The notes under the pieces were generated by a model that was given only the letters and a program-made list of their open reading frames with translations, did not search any database and was not told where the DNA came from. Source: Escherichia coli (GTDB taxonomy: Bacteria; Pseudomonadota; Gammaproteobacteria; Enterobacterales; Enterobacteriaceae). From it: a stretch of DNA of 64,000 nucleotides. Each line of letters begins with the position of its first letter. The stretch's first letter is position 1. This document shows, piece by piece, positions 46,042 through 60,169 of this stretch. The position numbers and the translations under genes were made by a program. The stretch lies in NCBI RefSeq assembly GCF_003334315.1, contig NZ_QOWR01000003.1; one strand, 5' to 3'.

Positions 46042-46063
46042 AACAAAACGCACATAGTCGCGA

Positions 46064-46555
46064 TTAATCGCGGAAGTTTTTGAACTGGAACGGCTGACCG
46101 AGATCGCCACCACGTACCATCGCCATGACAGCCTGCAAATCATCACGAGATTTGCCCGTTACGCGGATTTCATCGCCCTGAATTTGCGCCTGCACTTTCA
46201 GTTTGCTGTCTTTGATCATCTTGACGATTTTCTTCTGGGTCGCGCTCTCAATGCCCTGTTTCAGTTTCGCTTCCACAAACCAGGTTTTACCGCTATGAAC
46301 GATATTCTCCGGTACATCCAGCGAACTGCCTTCAATGCCGCGCTTCAGCAGCTTGGCACGCAGAATATCCAGCAACTGATTGACCTGGAAATCGGACTCG
46401 CTCAACACTTTGATGGTTTTGCTGGCGTCGTTCAGCTCAAATGAGGCTTCAACGTTACGGAAGTCAAAACGGGACTCCACTTCGCGGCTCGCGTTATCGA
46501 CCGCGTTACGTGCTTCCTGAAGATCAACTTCAGAGACAATATCGAAAGATGGCAT
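46064..46555 (-). CDS. yajQ: Nucleotide-binding protein YajQ (UPF0234)
   Basis: ATG at 46555 ([34 protein letters not shown]) inside ORF-track entry 46064..46723; 163 aa. Confidence 0.88.
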
Positions 46556-46722
46556 CTTTTCCTCTCCCTTCATTTTTGATGCGAAGCATAATACCCGCAA
46601 AGTTAAATAACCGACAGTCCTGCACCAGGACGTATCCCTTAATTGTGCATAGTCGCAACAGCATGCACAATTAAGGGATAGCCTTATTGAACACCCGGAG
46701 TGGTTGCGGGTGAGGAGGAACA

Positions 46723-48187
<1,465 letters not shown>

Positions 48188-48189
48188 TG

Positions 48190-48232
48190 TCGGATGCGGC
48201 AAACGTCGCATCTGACCAGATGCGACGTAAAA
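48190..48232. repeat. REP-like overlapping hairpins between convergent yajL and thiI
   Basis: cggatgcggcaaacgtcgcatctgaccagatgcgacg: gatgcg/cgcatc and gcatctg/cagatgc inverted repeats. Confidence 0.5.
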
Positions 48233-48240
48233 ACCACAAA

Positions 48241-49689
48241 TTACGGGCGATATACCTTCACATTGTTAAAGCCCTGCTCGCGCAGATAGAGCGCCTGCAG
48301 ACGGCTCATCACCCCGCGCTCACACCACAGCAGCCAGGTTTTGTTCTGGTCGAGATCGCCAAATTTGGTGCTCAGTTTATAGAACGGCAGAGAAACCACA
48401 TCAATCCCTTCGACTTTCAGTGGCTTATCTTCCTGTTCATCGATAGAACGGATATCGAGGATCACGTCGTTCGGGCCGAAGCCATTGACGGTTTCCACTT
48501 CCACCACTTCCTGCTCGGTCTGCTGGGCGATTTCGCGGATATCAACGTTATTCGCTTCCTCAACCACTTTATCGAGAATGCTGAAGTCGAACTTCTCTTC
48601 TTCCGCTTCAATCTTCGATTTAACTGCTTTCACCGTCGGGCTTTTGGAGATCACACCACAATATTCCGGCATCGTGCGAGCAAAGTCTTCGGTGCCAATC
48701 TGGCGGGCCAGGTTGATGATGTGCTCTTTGTCGTAAGAGATCAGCGGACGCAGGATCAGCGTGTCGGAGACGTTATCAATCAGGCGCAGGTTGGTCAGCG
48801 TCTGGCTGGACACCTGGCCGAGCGCTTCGCCGGTGACCAGCGCCTGTACGCCGTAACGTTCAGCCACTTTAGATGCGGCACGCACCATCATACGTTTGAG
48901 GATAACGCCCATCTGACCGTCGTCGATTTTCTCGAGAATTTCCCCGACGACCGGTTCGAAATTAATAGCGACAAAACGCACGCGGTGGGAGCTGCCAAAG
49001 CGGTTCCACAGATAATGCGCCACCTGACGCACGCCAATTTCATGCGCCGCGCCGCCGAGGTTAAAGAAGCAGTAATGCACGCGGCAGCCGCGACGCATCA
49101 ACATATAACTGGAAACACCGGAGTCGAAACCACCGGAAATGAGCGACAGCACATCTTCCTGGGTGCCGATCGGGAAACCGCCAATACCTTCGTAGCGGCC
49201 TTTAATCAGCAGGAGACGATCGTCTTCCACTTCCAGATGGACAGTCACATCCGGATTGGTCAGCTTCACGCGCGCGGATTCAATATGCTGATTTAAACCG
49301 CCGCCGACGTAACGTTCCACATCAATCGAGCTAAAATCATGTTTGCCACGGCGCTTCACGCGTACGCAGAAGGTTTTGCCTTCCAGCTGATCGCGATACT
49401 GAACCAACGCTTTCTCGAAAATATCGTGCATGTCGGTAAACGGCACGTCTTCGACTTCGAGAATATGGTGGATACCCGGAATACGGGTCAGAGCGTCGCG
49501 AATAGCCAGACGCTGGTTTTCATCTTTTGCGCGAACTTCGATGTTATCCCAGTGGCGGACGACAGCGAGCGTCTCATCATAGTGCTTTAAAACGTTACGA
49601 ATGTTCCCGGTAAGGATTTTTATAAAGCGCAAGCGCACAGATTGGCTTTTGATGGTGATTTCCGGGAACAATTTAATGATAAACTTCAT
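48241..49689 (-). CDS. thiI: tRNA 4-thiouridine synthase / thiazole sulfur-carrier transferase ThiI
   Basis: ORF track 48241..49689, 482 aa, N-terminal THUMP, PP-loop SGGFDS, C-terminal rhodanese domain. Confidence 0.95.
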
Positions 49690-49894
49690 GGCGGCAATGC
49701 TTCGTTGGCAAGCCTTAAGCGACTTGTATAGGGAAAAATACAGCAGCCCACACCTGCGGCTGCATCCAGGCGCGGAAGTATACCACTAACATCGCTTTGC
49801 TGTGCACATCACCTTACCATTGCGCGTTATTTGCTATTTGCCCTGAGTCCGTTACCATGACGGGGCGAAAAATATTGAGAGTCAGACATTCATT

Positions 49895-50137
49895 ATGCCG
49901 AAGAAAAATGAGGCGCCCGCCAGCTTTGAAAAGGCGCTGAGCGAGCTGGAACAGATTGTAACCCGTCTGGAAAGTGGCGACCTGCCGCTGGAAGAGGCGC
50001 TGAACGAGTTCGAACGCGGCGTGCAGCTGGCACGTCAGGGGCAGGCCAAATTACAACAAGCCGAACAGCGCGTACAAATTCTGCTGTCTGACAATGAAGA
50101 CGCCTCTCTAACCCCTTTTACACCGGACAATGAGTAA
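49895..50137 (+). CDS. xseB: Exodeoxyribonuclease VII small subunit
   Basis: ORF track 49895..50137, 80 aa, [36 protein letters not shown]. Confidence 0.9.
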
Positions 50138-51036
50138 TGGACTTTCCGCAGCAACTCGAAGCCTGCGTTAAGCAGGCCAACCAGGCGCTGAGCCGTTTTA
50201 TCGCCCCACTGCCCTTTCAGAACACTCCCGTGGTCGAAACCATGCAGTATGGCGCATTATTAGGTGGTAAGCGCCTGCGACCTTTCCTGGTTTATGCCAC
50301 CGGTCATATGTTCGGCGTTAGCACAAACACGCTGGACGCACCCGCTGCCGCCGTTGAGTGTATCCACGCTTACTCATTAATTCATGATGATTTACCGGCA
50401 ATGGATGATGACGATCTGCGTCGCGGTTTGCCAACCTGCCATGTGAAGTTTGGCGAAGCAAACGCGATTCTCGCTGGCGACGCTTTACAAACGCTGGCGT
50501 TCTCGATTTTAAGCGATGCCGATATGCCGGAAGTGTCGGACCGCGACAGAATTTCGATGATTTCTGAACTGGCGAGCGCCAGTGGTATTGCCGGAATGTG
50601 CGGTGGTCAGGCATTAGATTTAGACGCGGAAGGCAAACACGTACCTCTGGACGCGCTTGAGCGTATTCATCGTCATAAAACCGGCGCATTGATTCGCGCC
50701 GCCGTTCGCCTTGGTGCATTAAGCGCCGGAGATAAAGGACGTCGTGCTCTGCCGGTACTCGACAAGTATGCAGAGAGCATCGGCCTTGCCTTCCAGGTTC
50801 AGGATGACATCCTGGATGTGGTGGGAGATACTGCAACGTTGGGAAAACGCCAGGGTGCCGACCAGCAACTTGGTAAAAGTACCTACCCTGCACTTCTGGG
50901 TCTTGAGCAAGCCCGGAAGAAAGCCCGGGATCTGATCGACGATGCCCGTCAGTCGCTGAAACAACTGGCTGAACAGTCACTCGATACCTCGGCACTGGAA
51001 GCGCTAGCGGACTACATCATCCAGCGTAATAAATAA
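50137..51036 (+). CDS. ispA: Farnesyl diphosphate synthase IspA
   Basis: ORF track 50137..51036, 299 aa, DDxxD motifs (IHDDLPAMDDDDLRRG and FQVQDDILD); start overlaps xseB stop by 1 nt. Confidence 0.95.
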   Translation: MDFPQQLEACVKQANQALSRFIAPLPFQNTPVVETMQYGALLGGKRLRPFLVYATGHMFGVSTNTLDAPAAAVECIHAYSLIHDDLPAMDDDDLRRGLPTCHVKFGEANAILAGDALQTLAFSILSDADMPEVSDRDRISMISELASASGIAGMCGGQALDLDAEGKHVPLDALERIHRHKTGALIRAAVRLGALSAGDKGRRALPVLDKYAESIGLAFQVQDDILDVVGDTATLGKRQGADQQLGKSTYPALLGLEQARKKARDLIDDARQSLKQLAEQSLDTSALEALADYIIQRNK

Positions 51037-51060
51037 ACAATAAGTATTAATAGGCCCCTG

Positions 51061-52923
51061 ATGAGTTTTGATATTGCCAAATACCCGACCCTGGCACTGG
51101 TCGACTCCACCCAGGAGTTACGACTGTTGCCGAAAGAGAGTTTACCGAAACTCTGCGACGAACTGCGCCGCTATTTACTCGACAGCGTGAGCCGTTCCAG
51201 CGGGCACTTCGCCTCCGGGCTGGGCACGGTCGAACTGACCGTGGCGCTGCACTATGTCTACAACACCCCGTTTGACCAATTGATTTGGGATGTGGGGCAT
51301 CAGGCTTATCCGCATAAAATTTTGACCGGACGCCGCGACAAAATCGGCACCATCCGTCAGAAAGGCGGTCTGCACCCGTTCCCGTGGCGCGGCGAAAGCG
51401 AATATGACGTATTAAGCGTCGGGCATTCATCAACCTCCATCAGTGCCGGAATTGGTATTGCGGTTGCTGCCGAGAAAGAAGGCAAAAATCGCCGCACCGT
51501 CTGTGTAATCGGCGATGGTGCGATTACCGCAGGCATGGCGTTTGAAGCGATGAATCACGCGGGCGATATCCGTCCTGATATGCTGGTGGTTCTCAACGAC
51601 AATGAAATGTCGATTTCCGAAAATGTCGGCGCGCTCAACAACCATCTGGCGCAGCTGCTTTCCGGTAAGCTTTACTCTTCACTGCGCGAAGGCGGGAAAA
51701 AAGTTTTCTCTGGCGTTCCGCCAATTAAAGAGCTGCTCAAACGCACCGAAGAACATATTAAAGGCATGGTAGTGCCTGGCACGTTGTTTGAAGAGCTGGG
51801 CTTTAACTACATCGGCCCGGTTGACGGTCACGATGTGCTGGGGCTTATCACCACGCTTAAGAACATGCGCGACCTGAAAGGCCCGCAGTTCCTGCATATC
51901 ATGACCAAAAAAGGTCGTGGTTATGAACCGGCAGAAAAAGACCCAATCACTTTCCACGCCGTGCCTAAATTTGATCCCTCCAGCGGTTGTTTGCCGAAAA
52001 GTAGCGGCGGTTTGCCGAGCTATTCAAAAATCTTTGGCGACTGGTTGTGCGAAACGGCAGCGAAAGACAACAAGCTGATGGCGATTACTCCGGCGATGCG
52101 TGAAGGTTCCGGCATGGTCGAGTTTTCACGTAAATTCCCGGATCGCTACTTCGACGTGGCAATTGCCGAGCAACACGCGGTGACCTTTGCTGCGGGTCTG
52201 GCGATTGGTGGGTACAAACCCATTGTCGCGATTTACTCCACTTTCCTGCAACGCGCCTATGATCAGGTGCTGCATGACGTGGCGATTCAAAAGCTTCCGG
52301 TCCTGTTCGCCATCGACCGCGCGGGCATTGTTGGTGCTGACGGTCAAACCCATCAGGGTGCTTTTGATCTCTCTTACCTGCGCTGCATACCGGAAATGGT
52401 CATTATGACCCCGAGCGATGAAAACGAATGTCGCCAGATGCTCTATACCGGCTATCACTATAACGATGGCCCGTCAGCGGTGCGCTACCCGCGTGGCAAC
52501 GCGGTCGGCGTGGAACTGACGCCGCTGGAAAAACTACCAATTGGCAAAGGCATTGTGAAGCGTCGTGGCGAGAAACTGGCGATCCTTAACTTTGGTACGC
52601 TGATGCCAGAAGCGGCGAAAGTCGCCGAATCGCTGAACGCCACGCTGGTCGATATGCGTTTTGTGAAACCGCTTGATGAAGCGTTAATTCTGGAAATGGC
52701 CGCCAGCCATGAAGCGCTGGTCACCGTAGAAGAAAACGCCATTATGGGCGGCGCAGGCAGCGGCGTGAACGAAGTGCTGATGGCCCATCGTAAACCAGTA
52801 CCCGTGCTGAACATTGGCCTGCCGGACTTCTTTATTCCGCAAGGAACTCAGGAAGAAATGCGCGCCGAACTCGGCCTCGATGCCGCTGGTATGGAAGCCA
52901 AAATCAAGGCCTGGCTGGCATAA
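51061..52923 (+). CDS. dxs: 1-deoxy-D-xylulose-5-phosphate synthase
   Basis: ORF track 51061..52923, 620 aa, TPP-binding [18 protein letters not shown]. Confidence 0.97.
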
Positions 52924-52924
52924 T

Positions 52925-53099
52925 CCCTACTCCACTCCTGCTATGCTTAAGAAATTATTCATAGACTCTAAATAATTCGAGTTGCAGGAAGGCGGCAAAC
53001 GAGTGAAGCCCCAGGAGCTTACATAAGTAAGTGACTGGGGTGAACGAATGCAGCCGCAGCACATGCAACTTGAAGTATGACGAGTATAGCAGGAGTGGC
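52925..53099. repeat. ERIC/IRU (enterobacterial repetitive intergenic consensus) element between dxs and yajO
   Basis: Core gtgaagccccaggagcttacataagtaagtgactggggtgaacg matches the two ERIC PCR primer sites (ERIC1R reverse complement and ERIC2) with 1-2 mismatches; flanked by a perfect 13-bp inverted repeat ccactcctgctat (52932-52944) / atagcaggagtgg (53086-53098). Confidence 0.8.
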
Positions 53100-53102
53100 A
53101 GC

Positions 53103-54077
53103 ATGCAATACAACCCCTTAGGAAAAACCGACCTTCGCGTTTCCCGACTTTGCCTCGGCTGTATGACCTTTGGCGAGCCAGATCGCGGTAATCACGCATG
53201 GACACTGCCGGAAGAAAGCAGCCGTCCCATAATTAAACGTGCACTGGAAGGCGGCATAAATTTCTTTGATACCGCCAACAGTTATTCTGACGGCAGCAGC
53301 GAAGAGATCGTCGGTCGCGCACTGCGGGATTTCGCCCGTCGTGAAGACGTGGTCGTTGCGACCAAAGTGTTCCATCGCGTTGGTGATTTACCGGAAGGAT
53401 TATCCCGTGCGCAAATTTTGCGCTCTATCGACGACAGCCTGCGACGTCTCGGCATGGATTATGTCGATATCCTGCAAATTCATCGCTGGGATTACAACAC
53501 GCCGATCGAAGAGACGCTGGAAGCCCTCAACGACGTGGTAAAAGCCGGGAAAGCGCGTTATATCGGCGCGTCATCAATGCACGCTTCGCAGTTTGCTCAG
53601 GCACTGGAACTCCAAAAACAGCACGGCTGGGCGCAGTTTGTCAGTATGCAGGATCACTACAATCTGATTTATCGTGAAGAAGAGCGCGAGATGCTACCAC
53701 TGTGTTATCAGGAGGGCGTGGCGGTAATTCCATGGAGCCCGCTGGCAAGGGGCCGTCTGACGCGTCCGTGGGGAGAAACTACCGCACGACTGGTGTCTGA
53801 TGAGGTGGGGAAAAATCTCTATAAAGAAAGCGATGAAAATGACGCGCAGATCGCAGAGCGGTTAACAGGCGTCAGTGAAGAACTGGGGGCGACACGAGCA
53901 CAAGTTGCGCTGGCCTGGTTGTTGAATAAACCGGGCATTGCCGCACCGATTATCGGAACTTCGCGCGAAGAACAGCTTGATGAGCTATTGAACGCGGTGG
54001 ATATCACTTTGAAGCCGGAACAGATTGCCGAACTGGAAACGCCGTATAAACCGCATCCTGTCGTAGGATTTAAATAA
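53103..54077 (+). CDS. yajO: Aldo-keto reductase YajO
   Basis: ATG at 53103 (MQYNPLGKTDLRVSRLCLGCMTFG) inside ORF-track entry 53031..54077; 324 aa. Confidence 0.9.
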   Translation: MQYNPLGKTDLRVSRLCLGCMTFGEPDRGNHAWTLPEESSRPIIKRALEGGINFFDTANSYSDGSSEEIVGRALRDFARREDVVVATKVFHRVGDLPEGLSRAQILRSIDDSLRRLGMDYVDILQIHRWDYNTPIEETLEALNDVVKAGKARYIGASSMHASQFAQALELQKQHGWAQFVSMQDHYNLIYREEEREMLPLCYQEGVAVIPWSPLARGRLTRPWGETTARLVSDEVGKNLYKESDENDAQIAERLTGVSEELGATRAQVALAWLLNKPGIAAPIIGTSREEQLDELLNAVDITLKPEQIAELETPYKPHPVVGFK

Positions 54078-54085
54078 GAGTCCAG

Positions 54086-54118
54086 GCCTGATGAGACGTG
54101 ACAAGCGTCACATCAGGC
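54086..54118. repeat. REP-like palindrome / bidirectional terminator between convergent yajO and pgpA
   Basis: gcctgatg-agacgtgacaagcgtcac-atcaggc, nested inverted repeats. Confidence 0.55.
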
Positions 54119-54130
54119 ATCGGTGCACAA

Positions 54131-54649
54131 CTACGACAGAATACCCAGCGGCCAGTGATGACCGATAAAATACAGGATGCCTGCGGAAATCACCCCGGCG
54201 ACAATATCGTCGATCATGATCCCCATGCCGCCATGCACATTGCGATCAAACCAGCGGATCGGCCACGGCTTCCACATATCCAGAATACGGAAAATCACAA
54301 ACCCGGCGGCAACCCACTGCCAGTCATTGGTCGGCAGCGCCATGAGCGTGATCCACATACCAATAAATTCGTCCCAGACAATGCTGCCATGATCGTGCAC
54401 ACCCATGTCTTTCGCCGTTTGATGACAAAGATAGACGCCGATACAGATCCCCAGCATCACCACCAGCGAATAGAGCTGCCAGGGCAAAAAGGTCATCAGA
54501 TACCAGAACGGAATCGCTGCCAGCGATCCCATCGTCCCAGGAATGATCGGGCTTAATCCACTTCCGAATCCGACAGCAAGCAGATGCCACGGATTACTCA
54601 TCTTCAGGCGACTTTTCGCGACATCTTTATGGCGTGGCAAAATGGTCAT
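54131..54649 (-). CDS. pgpA: Phosphatidylglycerophosphatase A
   Basis: ORF track 54131..54649, 172 aa, membrane protein; overlaps thiL 3' end by 23 nt. Confidence 0.9.
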   Translation of the reverse strand: MTILPRHKDVAKSRLKMSNPWHLLAVGFGSGLSPIIPGTMGSLAAIPFWYLMTFLPWQLYSLVVMLGICIGVYLCHQTAKDMGVHDHGSIVWDEFIGMWITLMALPTNDWQWVAAGFVIFRILDMWKPWPIRWFDRNVHGGMGIMIDDIVAGVISAGILYFIGHHWPLGILS

Positions 54650-55604
54650 ATCCTTTCCAGTCTAACGTGACAGGTTCGCCGTCACGAACAAAACAGAGTC
54701 CTTCTATATCGGCGGTCATTTGCCCGATACAGGTAAATGGTACGCCCAGATGTCCCAAAGCGACATCCAGCGCGCCACGGTTCAGTTCCGGCACCGTGAA
54801 ACACAACTCGTAATCTTCGCCACCAGAGAGCGCCCAGCGCAGCGCCTGTTCCGGTTCAACGTGGCGAGAAAGTGCGTCAGAAAACGGCAGCAATGCCAGG
54901 CCAATACGTGCGCCGCAGTCGCTGGCTTTCACGATATGCCCGAGATCGGAAATCAAACCGTCAGAGAGATCGATGGCTGAATTTGCCAGATCGCGCAGTG
55001 CCTGCCCCTGTAAAATACGCGGCGATGGACGGAGATGACGTTTGATCAAGTAGTCCGCATCTTTAGCATCGGCAACCTGCAAACGGTTTTGCAAAATCGC
55101 CAGCCCGGCGGCGCTATCGCCCGGTGTACCGGTCACATAGATCCAGTCACCCGGTTTCGCCCCAGAGCGCGTTAAGGCTCGTCCCATCGGAACAAAGCCG
55201 TGGATACCCAACGTCATTGATAATGGCCCACGCGTGGTATCGCCGCCAATGAGTTGCATATCGTAATAATTGAGAAGATCAAACAAACTGTCGCTGAAGG
55301 ACTCAAGCCACGCTTCGTCTACGTCCGGTAAGGTTAATGCCAGCGTCAGCCAGGCCGGATCGGCCCCCATCGCTGCCAGATCGCTTAGGTTCACCGCCAG
55401 TGCTTTATAAGCCAGATCAGCAGGATCGATATCAGGGAGGAAGTGGTTGCCCGCCACCAGCGTATCAGTGCTGATCGCCAGGGTCTGTTTCTCGGGGATA
55501 TTGAGAAGAGCGCAATCGTCGCCGATGCCCAGTTCGACATCAAGACGAGAACTTCTTACACGGTCAAAATAACGGGCAATCAGGGAGAACTCGCCACATG
55601 CCAT
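54627..55604 (-). CDS. thiL: Thiamine-monophosphate kinase
   Basis: ORF track 54627..55604, 325 aa, [34 protein letters not shown]. Confidence 0.93.
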   Translation of the reverse strand: MACGEFSLIARYFDRVRSSRLDVELGIGDDCALLNIPEKQTLAISTDTLVAGNHFLPDIDPADLAYKALAVNLSDLAAMGADPAWLTLALTLPDVDEAWLESFSDSLFDLLNYYDMQLIGGDTTRGPLSMTLGIHGFVPMGRALTRSGAKPGDWIYVTGTPGDSAAGLAILQNRLQVADAKDADYLIKRHLRPSPRILQGQALRDLANSAIDLSDGLISDLGHIVKASDCGARIGLALLPFSDALSRHVEPEQALRWALSGGEDYELCFTVPELNRGALDVALGHLGVPFTCIGQMTADIEGLCFVRDGEPVTLDWKGYDHFATP

Positions 55605-55681
55605 ACGTTATGCCTCAGCAGGTAAAAAAGAAAAGGCCGGCGATCATGGAACAGTCTTCCGTGAATCTACCGGCCTGGATA

Positions 55682-56101
55682 TTACTTTTTGTTAGGGCGA
55701 ATCACAGGTGCTGCTTTATCGAGTACGCCGTTGACGAACTTATGGCTGTCTTCTGCGCCGAACGATTTCGCCAGTTCGATCGCTTCGTTAATGGCCACTT
55801 TGTATGGCACATCGCTACGTTTAGACAGTTCGTACAGCGCAATGCGCAGTACTGCTTTTTCTACCTGTCCCAGTTCTTCCAGCAGGCGGGACAGGTATGG
55901 CTTCATCAGTCCGTCGAGGTATGCGGTATTAGTCGCCACCCCGGCCAGCAGCTCACGGAAGTACAGGACGTCAACGTCTTTTACATCCTGTTCAGCCAGG
56001 AACTGGTATTCAACATCAGCGATGTCGTTCTGGGACAACTGCCAGGAGTAGAGCGCCTGGACGGCACACTCACGAGCGCGGCGACGAGCAGCAGGTTTCA
56101 C
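55682..56101 (-). CDS. nusB: Transcription antitermination factor NusB
   Basis: ORF track 55682..56101, 139 aa, [34 protein letters not shown]. Confidence 0.95.
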
Positions 56102-56120
56102 GGATTTCCCCTTACTAATT

Positions 56121-56591
56121 TCAGGCCTTGATGGCTTTCAATACATTAATCATTTCAAGCGCGGTCAGTGCAGCTTCTGCACCTTTGTTGCCAGCTTTGG
56201 TGCCAGCACGTTCGATCGCTTGTTCAATGCTTTCAGTGGTCAGAACCCCAAAAGCAACCGGAATTTCGCTGTCCTGGGCAACATGCGCCAGGCCGTTGCT
56301 TGCACCACCAGCGACATATTCAAAATGGGCAGTGCCACCACGAATAACCGTACCCAGCGCAATCACCGCGTCGTATTTACCGGTTTTAGCCAGTGCACCC
56401 GCCGCCAGCGGCAGCTCATAGGCACCAGGCACCCAAACAACGGTAATGTTTTCATCTTTTACCTGACCGATACGTTTCAGTGCATCAATTGCACCTTCCA
56501 GCAGGCTGTCATTGATAAAGTTGTTGAAACGCGCGATGGTGATGGCGACGCGAGCGTCCGGGGTAGCAACGTTAGCTTCAATAATGTTCAT
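56121..56591 (-). CDS. ribH: 6,7-dimethyl-8-ribityllumazine synthase
   Basis: ATG at 56591 ([38 protein letters not shown]) inside ORF-track entry 56121..56687; 156 aa. Confidence 0.95.
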
Positions 56592-56679
56592 TTTCTTCCT
56601 TCGGGTTCGAGTATGGCCCCGCAGGGGGGCGGATTTTAGCATAATATTTTGTGCGCTGCTTCCCTTTCGAGCCGGGAGA

Positions 56680-57783
56680 TCATGCACCCACTAAATGCAG
56701 GCAAACATCCGGGCCTACATGACGTATCTCTTTGAATTTAAATTGGGGGGCGTCGGCTAATTTCTCAAGCCCTGGCAGCGAGCATAATCCACGGGCGTCG
56801 CTGCCTAATAGTTTAGGTGCGATATAGACAATCAGCTCATCGACTAAACCCGCCTGCAGCAATGCGCCAGCGAGCGTTGGCCCCGCTTCCACCCAGATGC
56901 TGTTAATTTGCTGTTTACCCAGTTGCATCATCAGTACAACCAGATCCAGATGACCTTTATGCGCTGGAATCAGCAAGGTACGCACCGTTTCCGGCCACTC
57001 ACGAGAATCTTCCTGCGTACGCGCGAACCAGGTTTCGCCGGGCTGCTGCACAATGCGATGTACCGGCGTCACGCGATTTTGGCTATCAATCACAATACGT
57101 ATCGGCTGACGGAGATTTTGTTGCGGATAGAGCGCCTGAGTTTGTTCATCCAGTTCAGACCAACGCACCGTTAAGGCAGGATCATCCGCCAGCACCGTGG
57201 CGCTGCTGGTTAAAATGGCATGACTTTGCGCGCGCAGTAGTTGTACATCACGCCGCGCCTGGGGCGAAGTGATCCACTGGCTTTCGCCGCTCGCCATCGC
57301 CGTGCGACCATCAAGCGATGCGCCAAGTTTTAACTGAATATAAGGAAAGCCGGTGCGCATCCGCTTGAGAAAGCCTTTATTCAATTGCTCGGCTTCACTC
57401 ATCATCAGGCCGTGGCTGACGTCAATGCCAGCCTGTTGCAGACGGTAAAGTCCACGCCCAGCGACCTGCGGGTTAGGATCCTGCATCGAGGCAACCACGC
57501 GCGCTACGCCAGCGGCGATGAGTGCGTCACAGCACGGTGGCGTACGACCATGATGGCTACAGGGTTCGAGTGTGACATAGGCGGTCGCACCTTTGGCTTT
57601 TTCACCCGCCATACGCAACGCGTGTACTTCGGCATGTGGTTCACCCGCACGTTGGTGGTAACCTTCACCGACAATTTCGCCATCTTTGACAATGACGCAC
57701 CCGACATTCGGGTTGGGATGCGTGGTAAAACGTCCTCGTTGCGCCAGCTTTAGCGCCCGCGCCATGTAATACTCGTCCTGCAC
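56680..57783 (-). CDS. ribD: Bifunctional riboflavin biosynthesis deaminase/reductase RibD
   Basis: ORF track 56680..57783, 367 aa, cytidine-deaminase zinc motif (HAEVHAL ... [11 protein letters not shown]). Confidence 0.95.
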
Positions 57784-57786
57784 GGC

Positions 57787-58272
<486 letters not shown>

Positions 58273-58386
58273 TTACCCTGAACTGACGATACAACAAAGG
58301 CGCAACGCTTTTGAGATAAAGGATCGATGCTTTCGCTGCTTTTACCCTCTACCATTAGGCTAATTGCGACGAGAAAGGGACGACCT

Positions 58387-58926
58387 ATGAATACTAACGT
58401 TTTTCGACTGCTCCTGCTGGGAAGCCTGTTCAGCCTTAGCGCCTGTGTGCAGCAAAGTGAAGTGCGACAGATGAAACACAGCGTCAGCACGCTGAACCAG
58501 GAGATGACGCAACTCAATCAAGAAACAGTCAAAATCACTCAGCAAAACAGGCTGAATGCAAAATCCAGCAGTGGGGTTTACCTTCTGCCTGGAGCGAAAA
58601 CACCGGCAAGACTGGAAAGCCAGATCGGTACTTTACGTATGTCGCTGGTGAATATTACGCCTGATACAGATGGCACCACCCTGACGCTACGTATTCAGGG
58701 CGAGTCGAATGATCCCTTGCCCGCATTCAGCGGAACTGTTGAATATGGGCAAATTCAGGGAACAATAGACAACTTTCAGGAAATCAATGTGCAGAATCAA
58801 TTGATTAATGCCCCTGCCAGCGTCCTTGCCCCCAGCGATGTTGATATTCCGTTACAGTTAAAGGGGATTTCTGTGGATCAATTAGGCTTTGTACGTATCC
58901 ACGACATTCAACCTGTTATGCATTAA
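58387..58926 (+). CDS. yajI: Lipoprotein YajI
   Basis: ATG at 58387 (MNTNVFRLLLLGSLFSLSAC lipobox) inside ORF-track entry 58327..58926; 179 aa. Confidence 0.85.
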   Translation: MNTNVFRLLLLGSLFSLSACVQQSEVRQMKHSVSTLNQEMTQLNQETVKITQQNRLNAKSSSGVYLLPGAKTPARLESQIGTLRMSLVNITPDTDGTTLTLRIQGESNDPLPAFSGTVEYGQIQGTIDNFQEINVQNQLINAPASVLAPSDVDIPLQLKGISVDQLGFVRIHDIQPVMH

Positions 58927-59094
58927 ACGTATTGCGGGGCAATTTTGTGCGTCCCGCAACATCTTTCCCCGTCATTTTGTTACTCCGCTTACATCACCCA
59001 GATTGATAGTAAAAGTTTGCAACAAGGGTGAAAGTCAGTACAATCCCTGCCCGAATGTGTGTAAACGTGAACGCAATCGATTACGTAAATGATA

Positions 59095-59127
59095 GAACTG
59101 TGAAACGAAACATATTTTTGTGAGCAA
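59095..59127 (+). promoter_or_regulatory. tsx promoter region with tandem TGTGA (CRP/CytR-type) half-sites
   Basis: aactgTGTGAaacgaaacatatttttgTGTGAgcaatg, two TGTGA motifs 20 bp apart, about 100 bp upstream of the tsx ATG. Confidence 0.5.
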
Positions 59128-59224
59128 TGATTTTTATAATAGGCTCCTCTGTATACGAAATATTTAGAAACGCAATTTGCGCCTTTTTCACTCCCGCAAG
59201 GGATTTTCAAACAGTGGCATACAT

Positions 59225-60109
59225 ATGAAAAAAACATTACTGGCAGCCGGTGCGGTACTGGCGCTCTCTTCGTCTTTTACTGTCAACGCAGCTGAAAACG
59301 ACAAACCGCAGTATCTTTCCGACTGGTGGCACCAGAGCGTTAACGTTGTCGGAAGCTATCACACCCGTTTCGGACCGCAGATCCGCAACGATACCTACCT
59401 TGAGTACGAAGCATTCGCTAAAAAAGACTGGTTCGACTTCTATGGTTATGCGGATGCGCCGGTATTCTTCGGCGGTAACTCCGATGCAAAAGGTATCTGG
59501 AACCACGGTTCTCCGCTGTTTATGGAAATCGAACCACGTTTCTCCATCGACAAGCTGACCAATACTGACCTTAGCTTCGGTCCGTTCAAAGAGTGGTACT
59601 TCGCGAACAACTACATTTACGACATGGGTCGTAATAAAGATGGTCGCCAGAGCACCTGGTACATGGGTCTGGGTACCGATATCGACACTGGCCTGCCGAT
59701 GAGCCTGTCCATGAACGTCTATGCGAAATACCAGTGGCAGAACTATGGCGCAGCGAACGAAAACGAGTGGGACGGTTACCGTTTCAAAATTAAATACTTT
59801 GTGCCGATTACCGATCTGTGGGGCGGTCAGCTGAGCTACATCGGCTTCACCAACTTCGACTGGGGTTCCGATTTAGGGGATGACAGCGGTAACGCAATCA
59901 ACGGTATTAAGACCCGTACTAATAACTCTATCGCTTCCAGCCATATTCTGGCTCTGAACTACGATCACTGGCACTACTCTGTCGTAGCTCGTTACTGGCA
60001 CGACGGTGGTCAGTGGAACGACGATGCAGAACTGAACTTCGGCAACGGCAACTTCAACGTTCGCTCTACCGGCTGGGGTGGTTACCTGGTAGTAGGTTAC
60101 AACTTCTGA
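59225..60109 (+). CDS. tsx: Nucleoside-specific outer membrane channel Tsx
   Basis: ATG at 59225 ([22 protein letters not shown] signal peptide) inside ORF-track entry 59177..60109; 294 aa; C-terminal ...GYNF. Confidence 0.93.
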
Positions 60110-60117
60110 TTATGAAA

Positions 60118-60148
60118 ATGCCGGGATTTATTCCCGGCATTTCTGATT
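60118..60148 (+). terminator. Intrinsic terminator downstream of tsx
   Basis: atgccggga-ttta-ttcccggcat stem followed by ttctgatt. Confidence 0.7.
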
Positions 60149-60169
60149 GTTAACAACGTGTGCTTTGTT

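Noticed and set aside
52927-53205. 92-aa minus-strand ORF in the dxs-yajO spacer
   Set aside because: It lies within the ERIC repeat and overlaps the yajO start region; repeat-derived reading frame.
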